Below, piece by piece: positions 1 through 12,089 of a DNA stretch of 64,000 nucleotides. The DNA comes from Trypanosoma brucei (lineage: Eukaryota). Positions within the stretch are counted from its first letter, which is position 1; every line of letters begins with the position of its first letter. The notes below the pieces were generated by a model, which was given only the letters and a program-made list of their open reading frames with translations, did no database searches and was not told the DNA's origin. Location: NCBI GenBank assembly GCA_000002445.1, contig CP000068.1, forward strand, positions 1,408,001 through 1,472,000, in the 5' to 3' direction. Both the position numbers and the translations under genes were made by a program.

Positions 1-246
1 TCATAACTCTAGTTAATATCAATAAAATAACCAAAAGTGGAGTAGAAGTCATTTTTTACCCCATTACTCAAATATTTTACAACTATTGGAAACTATGCAG
101 CCAAATTTCCAATTTTAAGAATTTTGATATTTTTAAACTTTCACTAATTTTCAAAGTTCACCAAAAATTGTTAAAATAAATCGAATTTAAAAAATTTAAG
201 AAAATTATCTCGAATGAAAAAGATCCATAAAATAGAGCAAAAACTG

Positions 247-1671
247 TTAAAATACTAGAATACTCACAAAAGCAGCAGCCACACACAGAGCTAATTTTTT
301 TATTGAGGAGAAAACTACCGTTTGGGCAGGTTTCTTTATCCTTTTCGGGGTCGCTATCACTTTCCTTTTCCAGCCGCAATGCTTTTTGCCATCCTTGTTA
401 ACTGCCTCACATGCATCCTTGGTTTGATAACTAGAGAAACTTTCCCCTGATGTTTTATCCCCGTCTTTCTTTTCTCCTTTTTTGTCTTCTGTATCTGTTT
501 TCTTCGGTGCGTCTTCTGCCGTCTCTTTTTTCGTTGTTGTCGTTTCTTTTTGCTCCTTAAAAAATGCAGCTGGTAGTGCGGTGACTTTCTGGTCTCCACT
601 TAGGGCGCTGACCTTTTTCGTTTTTTTGGCCTTATTTTCGTAGTATACTGTTGTGGCTGTTTTTATCTTGTCCCATATCTTTGCTTTAAACTGCTCTTGG
701 TCGCTGCCATAATTTTTGTTTATAAACGCTTCTGTCGCTGTCGCTACTTGCCCTGTGATTTCCACGGTCGGCGCTGTTGACATGAGCAGTCGGTTTACCA
801 GCAAACTGAATGCCGGGTGCGATGTGTATGTTTCTCTTTTGCTGAGGTCCGGTATGTTGGTTAGTTTGGCGTCTGCGGCTGCAGCTTTGCTTAGTTTTTT
901 TTTGTTGTCCGCTGCCGTTTCGTTGCTTAGGTTTATTGTCCCCTGTACTGTGGTCGCGAATCGGCCGTTGGCAAGTGGTGACGTTCCTGCCGGCCCGTGT
1001 TTTGTCCCAAATTTAATTTTTGTTTTTAGTTTGTCAGACCCGTCGTTGGCGTCGCACGGGGTCCCTTCGGTGTTTTTGTAACAGGCTTGGTCCAGTTCGA
1101 TTGCTAGCTGCGGTAAACCTATCCCTTGGCCGTGGTCAAAATTTAGTTCATCGTATGTGTATTCTTCCGTGCCGCTTAGTTTCGGGCACGGTTCTCGTTG
1201 GACAGCTACTATGGGCGCTGCCGTGTACTGTGCAGTTCCGAAGTGTCCGGAGGTTTTCGTAATGATGCTCCCGTCATATGTGCCGCTTAATTTTTTGATT
1301 GCCTCAAAGAGTGCCTTGCGCTGTGTTAGCGCATTAAGCGTTTCTGATATTGTTTTGCTAGCTGTTGGTAGGTCAGTTGTTGCATCCTGCTGCACATCGA
1401 TTGCCACTGCCAGTAGTGGCTGCACCAGTTTGGCTAGTTCTGCATCTGTCGAGCCGGCTGCCATTTGCAATTCCGACATATAAGCGGCGTTGGACGCTAT
1501 TTTCTGTAGCGTTTGCGGCATTGCGCCCTCCAGTCTGTTCAGGGCGACATCGATTCTAGCCATGCATGTGCACGGGTCCGTGCAATCTGCTCTGTTCTTG
1601 CTCTGCTTATCGGCGCCGGCTGTTGCAATCACCGCTGCTGCGATCAAAGTGGCGAATTTTAGGATATGCAT
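247..1671 (-). CDS. VSG: Variant surface glycoprotein (VSG), full-length ORF 474 aa
   Basis: True ATG (revcomp of cat at 1669-1671). N-terminal signal peptide MHILKFATLIAAAVIATAGA. Cys-rich C-terminal domain. Hydrophobic GPI-signal tail ...LALCVAAAFVSILVF, TAA stop at 247-249. Degenerate 16-mer-like 3'UTR downstream (lower coordinates). 70-bp repeat upstream at ~2495-2612. Confidence 0.85.
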   Translation of the reverse strand: MHILKFATLIAAAVIATAGADKQSKNRADCTDPCTCMARIDVALNRLEGAMPQTLQKIASNAAYMSELQMAAGSTDAELAKLVQPLLAVAIDVQQDATTDLPTASKTISETLNALTQRKALFEAIKKLSGTYDGSIITKTSGHFGTAQYTAAPIVAVQREPCPKLSGTEEYTYDELNFDHGQGIGLPQLAIELDQACYKNTEGTPCDANDGSDKLKTKIKFGTKHGPAGTSPLANGRFATTVQGTINLSNETAADNKKKLSKAAAADAKLTNIPDLSKRETYTSHPAFSLLVNRLLMSTAPTVEITGQVATATEAFINKNYGSDQEQFKAKIWDKIKTATTVYYENKAKKTKKVSALSGDQKVTALPAAFFKEQKETTTTKKETAEDAPKKTDTEDKKGEKKDGDKTSGESFSSYQTKDACEAVNKDGKKHCGWKRKVIATPKRIKKPAQTVVFSSIKKLALCVAAAFVSILVF

Positions 1672-2494
1672 GTTTGTTTGTGCCTATTTTTTTGTAAGAG
1701 TCTTTTAGAAAGACAGGGAAGGGAGTAGTCATGACTTCGCTGTACTAAAAAGGCCACAATTTCGTCATGGCGAACACGTTTGTAACAAAATAGCGCATAT
1801 GCTTTCAGCTGCCTGTTTTCTATGGCCTTGTCTCTTTGCTAAGAACCAGATCTTCTCCGTTTATGTCGCCTGGCTGTTTTTGTTGATCTAACCCTTGCCA
1901 CTGGCGTGGCCACATAGCCTTATTTGCGCCACTTTTTGTGTTTAGACTACTAAGTACAAATAATACCCTGTAAAAATATTGTGATCCGTTTGCCGCAGAT
2001 CTACCAAGTCTTTTCACTATTTACTACATTATACAGCTAGAGTGAAAGTTCTATACAGTCCATGGTTTACCTAGTTTGTTCCACGTGGTTGACAGCATGT
2101 CCCATTCTCAGATAGAAAAGACACAGATAACACCATCAGTAGAGTAGAACCTAACCTTTTTTAATTAAGTGCGGGGAAAAATCAGTTTCTAATCCAATTG
2201 TATTATTTTCGTCTGTTCATTTTCTTATTCTGTTGTTTCACTCCATATTTTCCTTTCTCTTCTCAGTCTTTCGTTTATTCTTTTGCGGATAAAGTGGCGA
2301 CACCATTTGGGCAGCTCACCGGAATCTTTCCAACTATGGTTGTCGACTCTATGAACTCCTTGTGTATGATCATGACCCCCGTCATATTTGCGCATGAAAC
2401 TGCGTATATTCCCTTCCACTCTGTCCCTCAATAACCCGCATTGTAGTCTCATCGCTGTCTTAACTGCATCCATTTTGACCGTTATTTACTCATC

Positions 2495-2555
2495 AATACT
2501 GCTCTTATTATAATATTCGTATATACACACTCATAGCACTATCCTATTATTATTA

Positions 2556-2586
<31 letters not shown>

Positions 2587-2612
2587 CACTATTTTCATTA
2601 TTATTATACCCA
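2495..2612. repeat. VSG-associated 70-bp repeat unit(s) with (ATT)n tract, reverse orientation
   Basis: Contains ctgctcttattataatattcgtatatacacactca followed by (tta)n. This matches the conserved GT-rich core of the T. brucei 70-bp repeat (reverse complement) plus a triplet tract. Confidence 0.85.
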
Positions 2613-2744
2613 TAATCCACGTTCATAACAAATTTTGTAATGTTATTAATTTTTTCAAACTTTCAAATATGAATGTTTCTTTAAAAAGTGTTAAAATAGG
2701 TCACATTTCACAAATTTTTATAAAATTCTCGAAATTCTACCTAA

Positions 2745-4290
2745 CTCACAAGGAAAGAGCCGTCACAGAAAATTTCTGATTGAGGAGAATAGAGGAATCT
2801 TTGCAAGTTTAGTCTTCCCATTTGCAACTTTTGTCACCTTAATATTTTTGCCTTATAAGTTCTGTGTCTTGCACATTCAGTTGTAGCCGCTCCACCTCCT
2901 GAATGCTCTCCTGTTCCTTGGGTTTTCTGCTGCCTTTCCTCTTTAGGTTTGCATGATCCTTTTCCATCCTTTTTTGCTTCCTATACTTGTTTTGGTTTGT
3001 ATGTCGGATCTACTACGCACTTTCTGGTGTCGCCTTAGCCACTGAGTTCACAACCATCTTTGCATTCATCTCCTGTTCCTTTTTTTTCGCAAGTTTTATC
3101 TGTTACGGCTGTCGTCTGTGGTTGTCCGTTGTTGTTCTGCATCTTTGGATTTGGACACGTTTGTTTTTTAGAATATAGTGTCCTGAGTTCGTCATCAAGA
3201 TATTTGTCGTCGGTTATTTCGGCGAGTTTCGCTTCGAACACGTTATGGAGATCGAAAACAACCTTGTAGTCTTTTTCTATAGAAGAAGGAAGATCATTTT
3301 CACCATCGCTTTTTGGTTTTGAGTTTGGTACAAACGAATTTCGTATTACTTCGTTTGCCTTTGCTTGTTCGAATCCCTCTTGTCGCAACAAACCCATTGT
3401 GTCGGATGATATGTCGTCCATGTGTCGTAGAGCCTGCCTGTGCTGTTCAACTGCCGTCGCTAGCGCCGTGCCTGCCACAGCTTTTTTTCCTGGGTCACCA
3501 GCACCGAATTTGACCGCTTCCGTCGGGTTGGCGTCGCCGTTGTCGTCGGCAGTTAGGTGGATGGTGCCCCCAGCGAAAGTGATCGCCTTTGGGCCGTTTG
3601 TATCCATGTAGAATTCCCCCGAGTCCATATAAGTTAGGGGATGTTGGCCGGTGGCAGCCTTAGTTGTGTATATCGAGGTTTTTAAGGTCGTGTCCGCAAA
3701 CTTGGCTGCACCTAGAACAGATGATCTTTCTGCTGCCGCCGCTGGCTTGAATTCGCCATTGTATCCGCCTGTCCAGTCAGCTGCTAGAGCTGTCCCGTGC
3801 GCTATCCCAGTCGTGGTGGCTGTGCCTGGACTGTCTGTTGATAGGTATAAATAACTGTTCTCAGCGAATGCTCAGTGTGATATCTGGTGAATTATGTGGG
3901 TGAACTCGTCTGTGCGCCCGGCACAGTATGCCGCAGCGCCGGCTGCGGTGTTGGCGGCCCGCACTGTCGTATATAACTTTTTGTTTAAGCTTGCCAGTTC
4001 TTTTTGTAGAAGCCTGATTAATTTTTCTTTCGATCTTTAGAAAGTTTTGTTGCAGCCGTGTAGAGCTAGCAAAACTTAAAGTTTTTTGTCAGTGTTTTGG
4101 ATAGACAGCGCCCTGCTGTTGATCTCGCTCACAAGTACGTGAGGAACGAGCTTCAAATCTTTTGAGATTGTGCATAGTGGCCCCGGAGCTTTCGACGAAA
4201 AAGCGTCTCCGTGGTTCGTTTTTGCCGGCATCGTCTCCCCCGCCAAAGCTGCCATGGAGACGAGAACCACTGCCATCGCGCGAGCCATGT
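2745..4290 (-). pseudogene. VSG: VSG pseudogene (multiple frameshifts)
   Basis: Minus-strand fragments 4076-4288 (signal-peptide-like MARAMAVVLVSMAALAGE) and 3035-3628 (Cys-rich C-domain ...CEKKGTGDECKDGCELSG). A GPI-tail-like end near 2760-2830 sits in another frame. Partial 16-mer gtgttaaaatagg at 2688-2700. Confidence 0.7.
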
Positions 4291-5835
4291 CAGGGTGGAA
4301 ATATTTCTCTACCTATGTGATCGTTTGTTGCTTCGTGGATGTCCTTCATCGTGGAAATCGTGCGTGGAGAGAGTGGTTTACCGGCTGTGCTGGTGTTTCT
4401 GGTGCCTTTTCTGCCGCAAAAAATTTTGTGCGAGCCGTTTTGACGCCGAGTTATTGTTGAAAAAAAATGTATGCATTTTCTTTCTCTTGATTTTTGTTCT
4501 AGGTCGCTTACTGTTTTTTGCTGTGGTGTACGTTTTTCGCGCTTCGCTGACCTTCACGGAATGTGCACAGTTGTTTTTGTATAATTCAGGCTGCAAAAAA
4601 GATGCTATATTCCCCTCCTGACTTTTCCGTGTGGAAGGTACAACACAGGAGATACACCTGATGAACACTTTACTTCGCGGTTCAAATTCTAATTTTTACG
4701 TGAGTGCCTTACTCTGGTAAACTTTTTCTCGTTTTCATCCATAAAAAACATATGTTTTATAGTTATCCAGGTTCTAAAATTTTAAAGGTATTTAAGAGCT
4801 CTCCGCATATAAAGTTTCATCTTTAATTGTTTCTAATCCCTTCCATTTTTCAGAGTATTTCCTGCAGCTTACATCCGGGAGAAATGAAAATATAGCGTTA
4901 TTGTTTTTACCTTGCGCGTGGACTTGAGCACGTCAAACCACGATTATGGTTTATTCTCTGTTTTTTCAGTGTTTTGGTAAGCAAATGCCATCTTGAAGAC
5001 ACTTTTGTTTTGAAGCTTCTTGATATGCTTTATCATTAACGCACCACCGTTTTTTGTGTAAATTAGTCTGGCTTCAATGGATTAAACGACGTAATCTTGC
5101 ACAAACAGGGAAGATTTGGAGTGTTTGCTGCCACCTGCGGTGTAATTCATACAAAGTTCCTTTGTAGTATGATACATGTGCTACTTAAAGCCATTTCATC
5201 CCTTTATTTTTCTTTTTACTCTTCCTCCAACTCATTGTTAGTCCTAGTTTCAAAGTCCTACACCCATAACATTATAGTGTTGCTCACAAATATTGTTGAT
5301 TATTGCCATATATTATGGGAAGAAGATTTAGACATTATATTGCAAATATCGAATGCATTTTTACTACATGTCCCTCACCTCTCTCTTCAGAGCTATAATT
5401 ATAATCTGCAATAAGATTTTAAAACCATAGTTTTTACCATCATTTTCTCTGTTACACGTATCCATTTTAGAATGAACTATAGAGCATCATCTTCTTTTTC
5501 TGATGTATTATTTTCTTTATGTGTTTTTTCGATCTCAAATCTTGTGCCTTTCATTCTGTATTTTCGTTTCATCTTCTTCTTCTACTGATCCTATCAACTT
5601 TTATAATGTAGCGAGTCCAATTTACCTCTACACTAGACTCTATCTCACTCTCATTGGTCCATTCAGCAATATCTTTGTGTATGATACTGCCCATCAACTT
5701 TTTTGTGTTTAAACCTGTGATTCTTCAAACTCCTCTTCACTCCACTACTTTCTCCCATTTTATCTTTTTCACTTTTAACATGTCCTATTTTTGGAAGCGC
5801 ATTTACTGTTATCTTACCGTCATTTTTGCAATATT

Positions 5836-6192
<357 letters not shown>

Positions 6193-6336
6193 AAATAATA
6201 TTCAAAAAATAAAAAAAATTATAAAATGTTCATAATCAAACTAACTTTACACGCTTTCTTACTCTATTACTTTACACCTAGAGACTAATTTCTTACATAT
6301 TTTAGAAAGGTTCTTTAAAATAAATAAGTTTCATAA

Positions 6337-9300
6337 TTTTTTTATTGTGCATTTAATCTGCACACACCTTAACTGTTCAATATAGCATCGCATGGAGGAT
6401 ATTTATTTTCCTAATATGTTTCCCGTTCTCACGATCCGCCACTCGCTTCCCCTTCTGGGGCCTATCTAACGGTGTCCTGTTGAGAAAACCCATTTAGATA
6501 TTGTCTTCCACAATTTGAGGAAAAAACTCATTGGTTTTCATCTCAGTGTGTCGCATATAGTCAGTGGATGTTTAGCATGATGGTGACCTTTATCACTATT
6601 TACTCGCGGTCGGGTTATAAATGTCTTCGTATCTATAGTGGGAGCCGTAATTTCCCTCGGAATGAAGGCTGCCCTTAAGAAGTTCACAAGCTTAACACTA
6701 AAGTATAAGTAATCCTCTTTCAGACTGTCTACTCTATGCTCTGACATGAGCTTACTCAAAGCGGAAGACTGTAATAGGTGAGCCGATGTTTCTTTACATT
6801 TTTCTTTTATTCACTTCTGCTCATCAGTGTTACGTGACTGCCCATGTGCTGCTTGGAGGTGCATTGTGAGATATTGATTGTGTGCAAATACCTTCAAGCA
6901 GTGTGAACATTGGTGCTCGAGAGAGGTCTGTGGTGTGATTTCAAGGGATCGTTCTTCGCGCTTCCTCTTTACAGTGATTGCATTTTTGTGGTGTGTTCTG
7001 GTATTCCAAACTAGTGTACACCATGACATGTAGGTGTTTTTCACACCTTCTACAATCAAACTCTTTGAGAGGGTTCTCTGTGTGCCATTGAGTCTTACTC
7101 AGTTTGTGTTTAGGCTCTTTTCTTTGATCGTATATATTTCCTTTTCATCATCTGGCGTGTCACGCTCGGTCACCCTTTTTCTTTTTCTTGACATGAAGTT
7201 CAGTTTTTGTGTGTGTGACGAGCCTGAGTTAGGGAGTGCTCTATCTATGGTGCTGACATTCGATCTATTTTTGTTAGTGTTTTCTGGTTGTGTAATTGCA
7301 CTATGGGGGTTGTTCACAAAATTGACATTTTGGGTCCGCATTTTCGATGCTCACGCACTTGTGGCGTGTTAGACATGCCTTGCTTTTGAAACCCCTCTTG
7401 CATTTGTCACAACATAAAGTTTTGGCATATTGTCATCTTTATTTTTATTATCTCCACCAGTGTTTTCCTTTGCTTACAAATTTGATATCTCATTCGTTAC
7501 TTTTCTTATATTTATCGACTTTGGGTCTGAGTGAGATATCATGCCCGTGGTGTTTTGTATTCATATGGCTCAACATCCAGCTGTGACGGTACTCTTTACC
7601 GCATATCTTACATGTTTCTCTCTCCGGCAGCACGTGCTGTAGTTGTGCGCTTGGTTCCCCTTCACTCTTCTCCGGAGTGCACTTATGTCTGGTGAGCCAG
7701 GTTTTGCTTTTATATACCTGTTTGCAGCGAAGACATTTGTATGCTTGTGTTTCTTTCTGTTTTTCATCTTAGCTGCTCCTATGCTGCACTTCAGTTTGTT
7801 GTATTTATGTTTGTCTGCTTTTAAGGATGTTTCAGACGCATATGCCTGGTCAACCAGCCATACGTGGCATACTGCTTTGGGCACCATTGCCACTTGTGTA
7901 CAGTTGTTATACATTGTTCTTTTTCTTCTCGTTTCCTCTTTTGTCGCTCTATCCATACTGCTGGAGTTTTCGGAGGCTGTTGTAGCATGTGTTGTTGCAG
8001 TAGTCCCCTTTCTTTCGAATACGTTACCACATAAGTGACACTGATAGACGCCAGAATACGCCTGTGCTGCTATTGGCGCAATCTTTAATTCAGGAAGTGC
8101 ATTTTCACAAACCACCTGATGTATTTTTAACATGTGAATATCTCCAGCTTGTCATCTCTCACACATTATGTTGCAAACTGAGCATATGACAGGGTCATTC
8201 TGTCTTGTAGCTATTACCACCTTTCCTTCCTCATTTTATTACATCTTTGCAGTGTTTTGAGTAATGCAGTGATATTCTTGAGAATGTTATCCGTATGGTT
8301 TGCACACCATCTACACTCCAGTTCGTCCACTTTTCATGTGATCACCTTATACAGCAACCCAAAATGTTTTGAAGTCCCTGTTCTAAATTGAGCTAACAGT
8401 GACTCATCTTCCCTATCAGCATCCTTTCTTTTTGGATGTTGGTTTCATGTGGTTAAGTAAAGCACTGCGGTGTGTGTTTTTGTGCCGGCCTTCCGCAATG
8501 TTCCGCTGTGCCTGATTACGTAATTGGCGCATTATACATCTTAAAATGTCGGTGATTAATGCAGGGTTAGGTTTGTGGCATGTGGTTTCCTTTGTTTACG
8601 ACCTCGTTCACTTTGTTATTTCTCGGGATATGGGAATGAAAAAACTCAAACTGAAGTGACATGGCTACTCTCAGTTTCATGAAGTGTATGATCAAATTCC
8701 ATATGCATCACAGTATGGAATCTTTCACTACTGTAAGACCCGTTTTAAGTGCCATTAATAAAGGCAACAAGTCTGCGAATATTTCCACTTTCATTTTTCT
8801 ACTCTCTTTGATCATTATTACTGACTTAAGTTTCATAAGTCCTCCCTCCATGGTTGCACACTCGCCTCTGTAGCTGTACACTAACCTGTCTGCTCCTTTC
8901 TTCACTTTTACCACATTACCTTGTCTAGGGTATATTATCGCGCCGGCACCAGAGGATTTATTCAGTCCCACCCACCCATCCGTACACACTTGGTAATCGT
9001 AGTCTTTGAATCTGCGTACACTTTGCATTATGTGTCTTTTTTATCGCTGTCTGAAGAGTCAGAATGGAGACCACCTGGCGTTGCGGTGTTGAAGTATAGT
9101 CTCCTCTCCAGTTGCAATACGTTTGCCGTGTGTGGCGTCTCCGATCCATCTACTTTCTCATACAAGTATGGCACACTCAACACACGCGTGTGTATCGGAT
9201 GACTGTGTGAGAACATTTTTTCCACTGTATAGACCGTTGCCTTACCGTTCGCTTTCCTTGTTAAATAGTATTCTATTGCTCGTCTGTAAGCAACATCATC

Positions 9301-12032
9301 TATCTTGTGAAGGCGGGCCTCATTCATGGCATCTTCCCGATTCGCGTACTTTGGAATGCTCGCGATAACATGTTCCTTCTGCGCATGTACTCGGTCAAGC
9401 TTTTTTTTGTATGATGGAGAATCATTGAGCCAGCATGCAGCGGTACCATAGCATAATTTCGCCTGGATTAAGGCTAAGTAAAATGCTCGGATGCTTTCTT
9501 TACTATCCTCCTATTCAGGTGATGCAACAGCACTTAGTTTCATTAATCTCATATTTTCTGCTGTTTGTAGGGTGTGAGCATGTTTGTTTACATCCTTGTG
9601 TGGCTACATTGTCATCCCAAGGAGTCTGAGATATCTCTTCTAATGTAATCTGTACTCTCCCACCATTAGGTGTAATTAGTCTCTGTCTCTCACCACAAAG
9701 AACGTCTATTGCGTTTTTTCTGCAGACACCTTCATATAGCGCTCTGCTGACCAGCTCACTATACAATCCAATCCTGTTTGTATCGTCTACCGAATAGCTT
9801 CCATGTCAGTGTTAGAAGACACTATCGTGAGGTCGTCTGTGAGTAAGCAGTGTTGAAAGGCTGGTATGGCATTTAATTTCGCGCTGAGGAACTCTATTGC
9901 GATAATAAAAAGCAACGGCCACAACACGGAACCTTGTACAACACCACACGTGAGCTGTATTTTCTTTGAGGGGGTGTTGTTTATTAATGCTACTGCAGTC
10001 CTTCGCTACAGAAAATTAGCAACCCATGCAATGAGGCGCATGTTCACCTCATATCTTTTTAATGCATCCATTATGCACATGTGATCCACAGAGTCAAATG
10101 CCCTAGCATAATAAATGAATACCGTAGCAGTTTTTTCTCCTGCTACTCTATGAGTCATGGAGTCTGTGCGTTTCATGGTGACGTCTAATATAGACTTCCC
10201 CGGACGAAAATCAGTTTGCTTTGGTTGTAGCTTACACTCTACTGTGTCTTGTATGCGTCACGCTACATTCCTCTTCATGAGTTTACAGAGGGTGCTTTTG
10301 AGCGTGATGGGCCGGAACGATGACATACACTTGGCCGGTTTGTTGGGTTTGAGCATAGGGACAATAACGTCATGCTTCCACTTTTTCGGCATCCTGCGTC
10401 TCTGTAGGCTACAGTTGAAAAGCTTGAGGACACATTACTTGGTACGGCATCCTAATTTCCTCAGTTGTTTACGATGTATATCATCTTTACCGGAGGCAGT
10501 TCTTGAAGAGAGTTCCTTTAGTGCTGTCTCAAGTTCTGCCATCGTAACTGGTTTATAATTTACGTTTCTCGATAGGATATACTCATGAGAGAAGCATCTG
10601 GTGCCTTCGTCGACCGCTCTCTCTTTACATTTCTGCTTGCTACTTGGCTTGAAGTATACGTGTTAGAGGGTGGTCATTCACTACCAGAACTGGAGATGAC
10701 AGTGGCCTCGGTTCATATATGGATTTAACTAAATTCTAACTTTTTGTATCGATCACTGAAATCTTTGACGCATTTTCCCTCCAATGTTGTAGGGACGTTT
10801 CAGCGAGAACCTTCCTTCTCTTGTTTATAAGGTCATCCCTCTGTGCTTCTCATTTGTGCACTCCCTTATTCTCGTGTCTAGCCCAGTTAGTTGTCGTTTC
10901 CAGAGTTGTGGCGATACCTCCTCACCATTCGGTATTGTTTCCTTTGTTGCTGTGCGAATGCCTTTAGTCTCTGCTTTTTTTATGGCATCCACGTTCTTTC
11001 TTAACTTCCTTCGTTTTTTCAACATTATTATACCACACACTTTTCCAAACTTCCTCCAACTTGTTTTGTTCCAAGCATACAACGTCCTTCTTGGCTTTGT
11101 AATGGCGATCATTTCTAAACCTATGCCAATGCATACCTCAAATGTTATCCAGTAGTTGTCACTGTCTAGAGTGAGGCTTGCCTCACATCTTGTGACTTCG
11201 CAGTCTCTGTACATCGTAATGTCGGACGACGACCTAATTGCCGTTTGTGGAATTCCTCTCGTTGGTGCGCCATCATTTTGCATTTCTGACATCGTTTTGT
11301 AGACACCAGTTTACAGTGCATTCTCCAGCTGCATCATTTGGGTGAAGCGTGTCCCATAACTCATGATGGGCGTTTGTACCGCATCCCATCAACAGTGTTC
11401 TATTTGAGCTCTCAAAGATTTCAAGCGTGGATATAGTGACATTTTTCTGTGGAAAGTAAGCTGATTTTACTGTTAATATCAGATCAGCTAAAAAAAAACA
11501 GTCTTGCCGAGACTCTTTCCGGCATATCCTCCTCTTTCAGACCTTGGATGACTCCCACGCCATCTTTCACCAAAGTCGATTCCCTACCATGTGAAGAATG
11601 CTCTATCCCCATGTGTTCATATATACTGATTTTTAATGTGCAGCACTCTTCTGCTGCAAAGTGAGTCTTGTGCAATAGACAGAAAACTACCATATCCTTG
11701 TGGAGCTTCTTCTCTGAGGCGATCCGCTTACCATGGGAGAGACCCCCGGCATTCCACTGGGATCCACGAATGACGAGACCGGGATTCTGTTCCACATATC
11801 CGCTAAGAAGCATACGTATCCCAATCGATGCACTGTTGCACGTTCAGAGGAGCAGTCTAATATATTGCTTCATCCCAGAGGACTGATGCTGCTTTTTGCT
11901 TCTTTAGCTGTCGCCGAAAGCCTGTTTCCAGCCCCAATTCTGTCGTACCGGGTATGATGCGGACACTTGGCTTCCACAGACTAGACGGGTACTAGACCCT
12001 GGCATCACGATAATGTGTCCGGCGTCAGCAGG
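6337..12032 (-). mobile_element. Degenerate ingi/L1Tc-related non-LTR retroelement (DIRE-like), copy A, ~5.7 kb, non-coding (many stops)
   Basis: The high-coordinate end is homologous to the ingi/RIME 5' terminus (gacgccggacac...ccagggtctagtacc versus ingi cctggcgattccggccacc...ggggtccagtacc). Minus-strand ORF fragments resemble ingi: 11484-11813 MLLSGYVEQNPGLVIRGSQWNAGGLSHGKR (ingi MLLSGDVEENPGPSLRGMQWNCAGLSQGKR), and 10825-11292 ...SDNYWITFEVCIGIG (ingi SPDSDHHHIFFDVVVGDG). An RT region lies at ~9500-10560. C2H2 zinc-finger fragments at 6538-8133 (CHLCGNVFERKG, CSHCLKVFAHNQYLTMHLQAAHG). The low-coordinate end finishes in a short poly(A) on the minus strand (ttttttt at ~6336-6343). Confidence 0.75.
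11484..11813 (-). pseudogene. N-terminal ORF fragment of DIRE copy A with degenerate 2A-like motif (GYVEQNPGL)
   Basis: 109-aa ORF aligning to the ingi ORF N-terminus. The D(V/I)ExNPGP 2A motif is mutated. Confidence 0.6.
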
Positions 12033-12089
12033 GAAATTTATAGATTTATATAAAATTCTTAAAATCCTTAAAACTGTAAAATACTAAAA

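Noticed and set aside
4211..4621. Cys-rich 136-aa plus-strand ORF
   Set aside because: It overlaps the 5' end of the VSG pseudogene on the opposite strand. It is low-complexity with no domain signature and is probably spurious.
12030..12060. Target-site duplications for the DIRE copies and the ingi
   Set aside because: Only weak, inexact similarities were seen between flanks (e.g. cactgacaattgcg versus cactgaactgacttggcg around the ingi). That is not enough to call a TSD.
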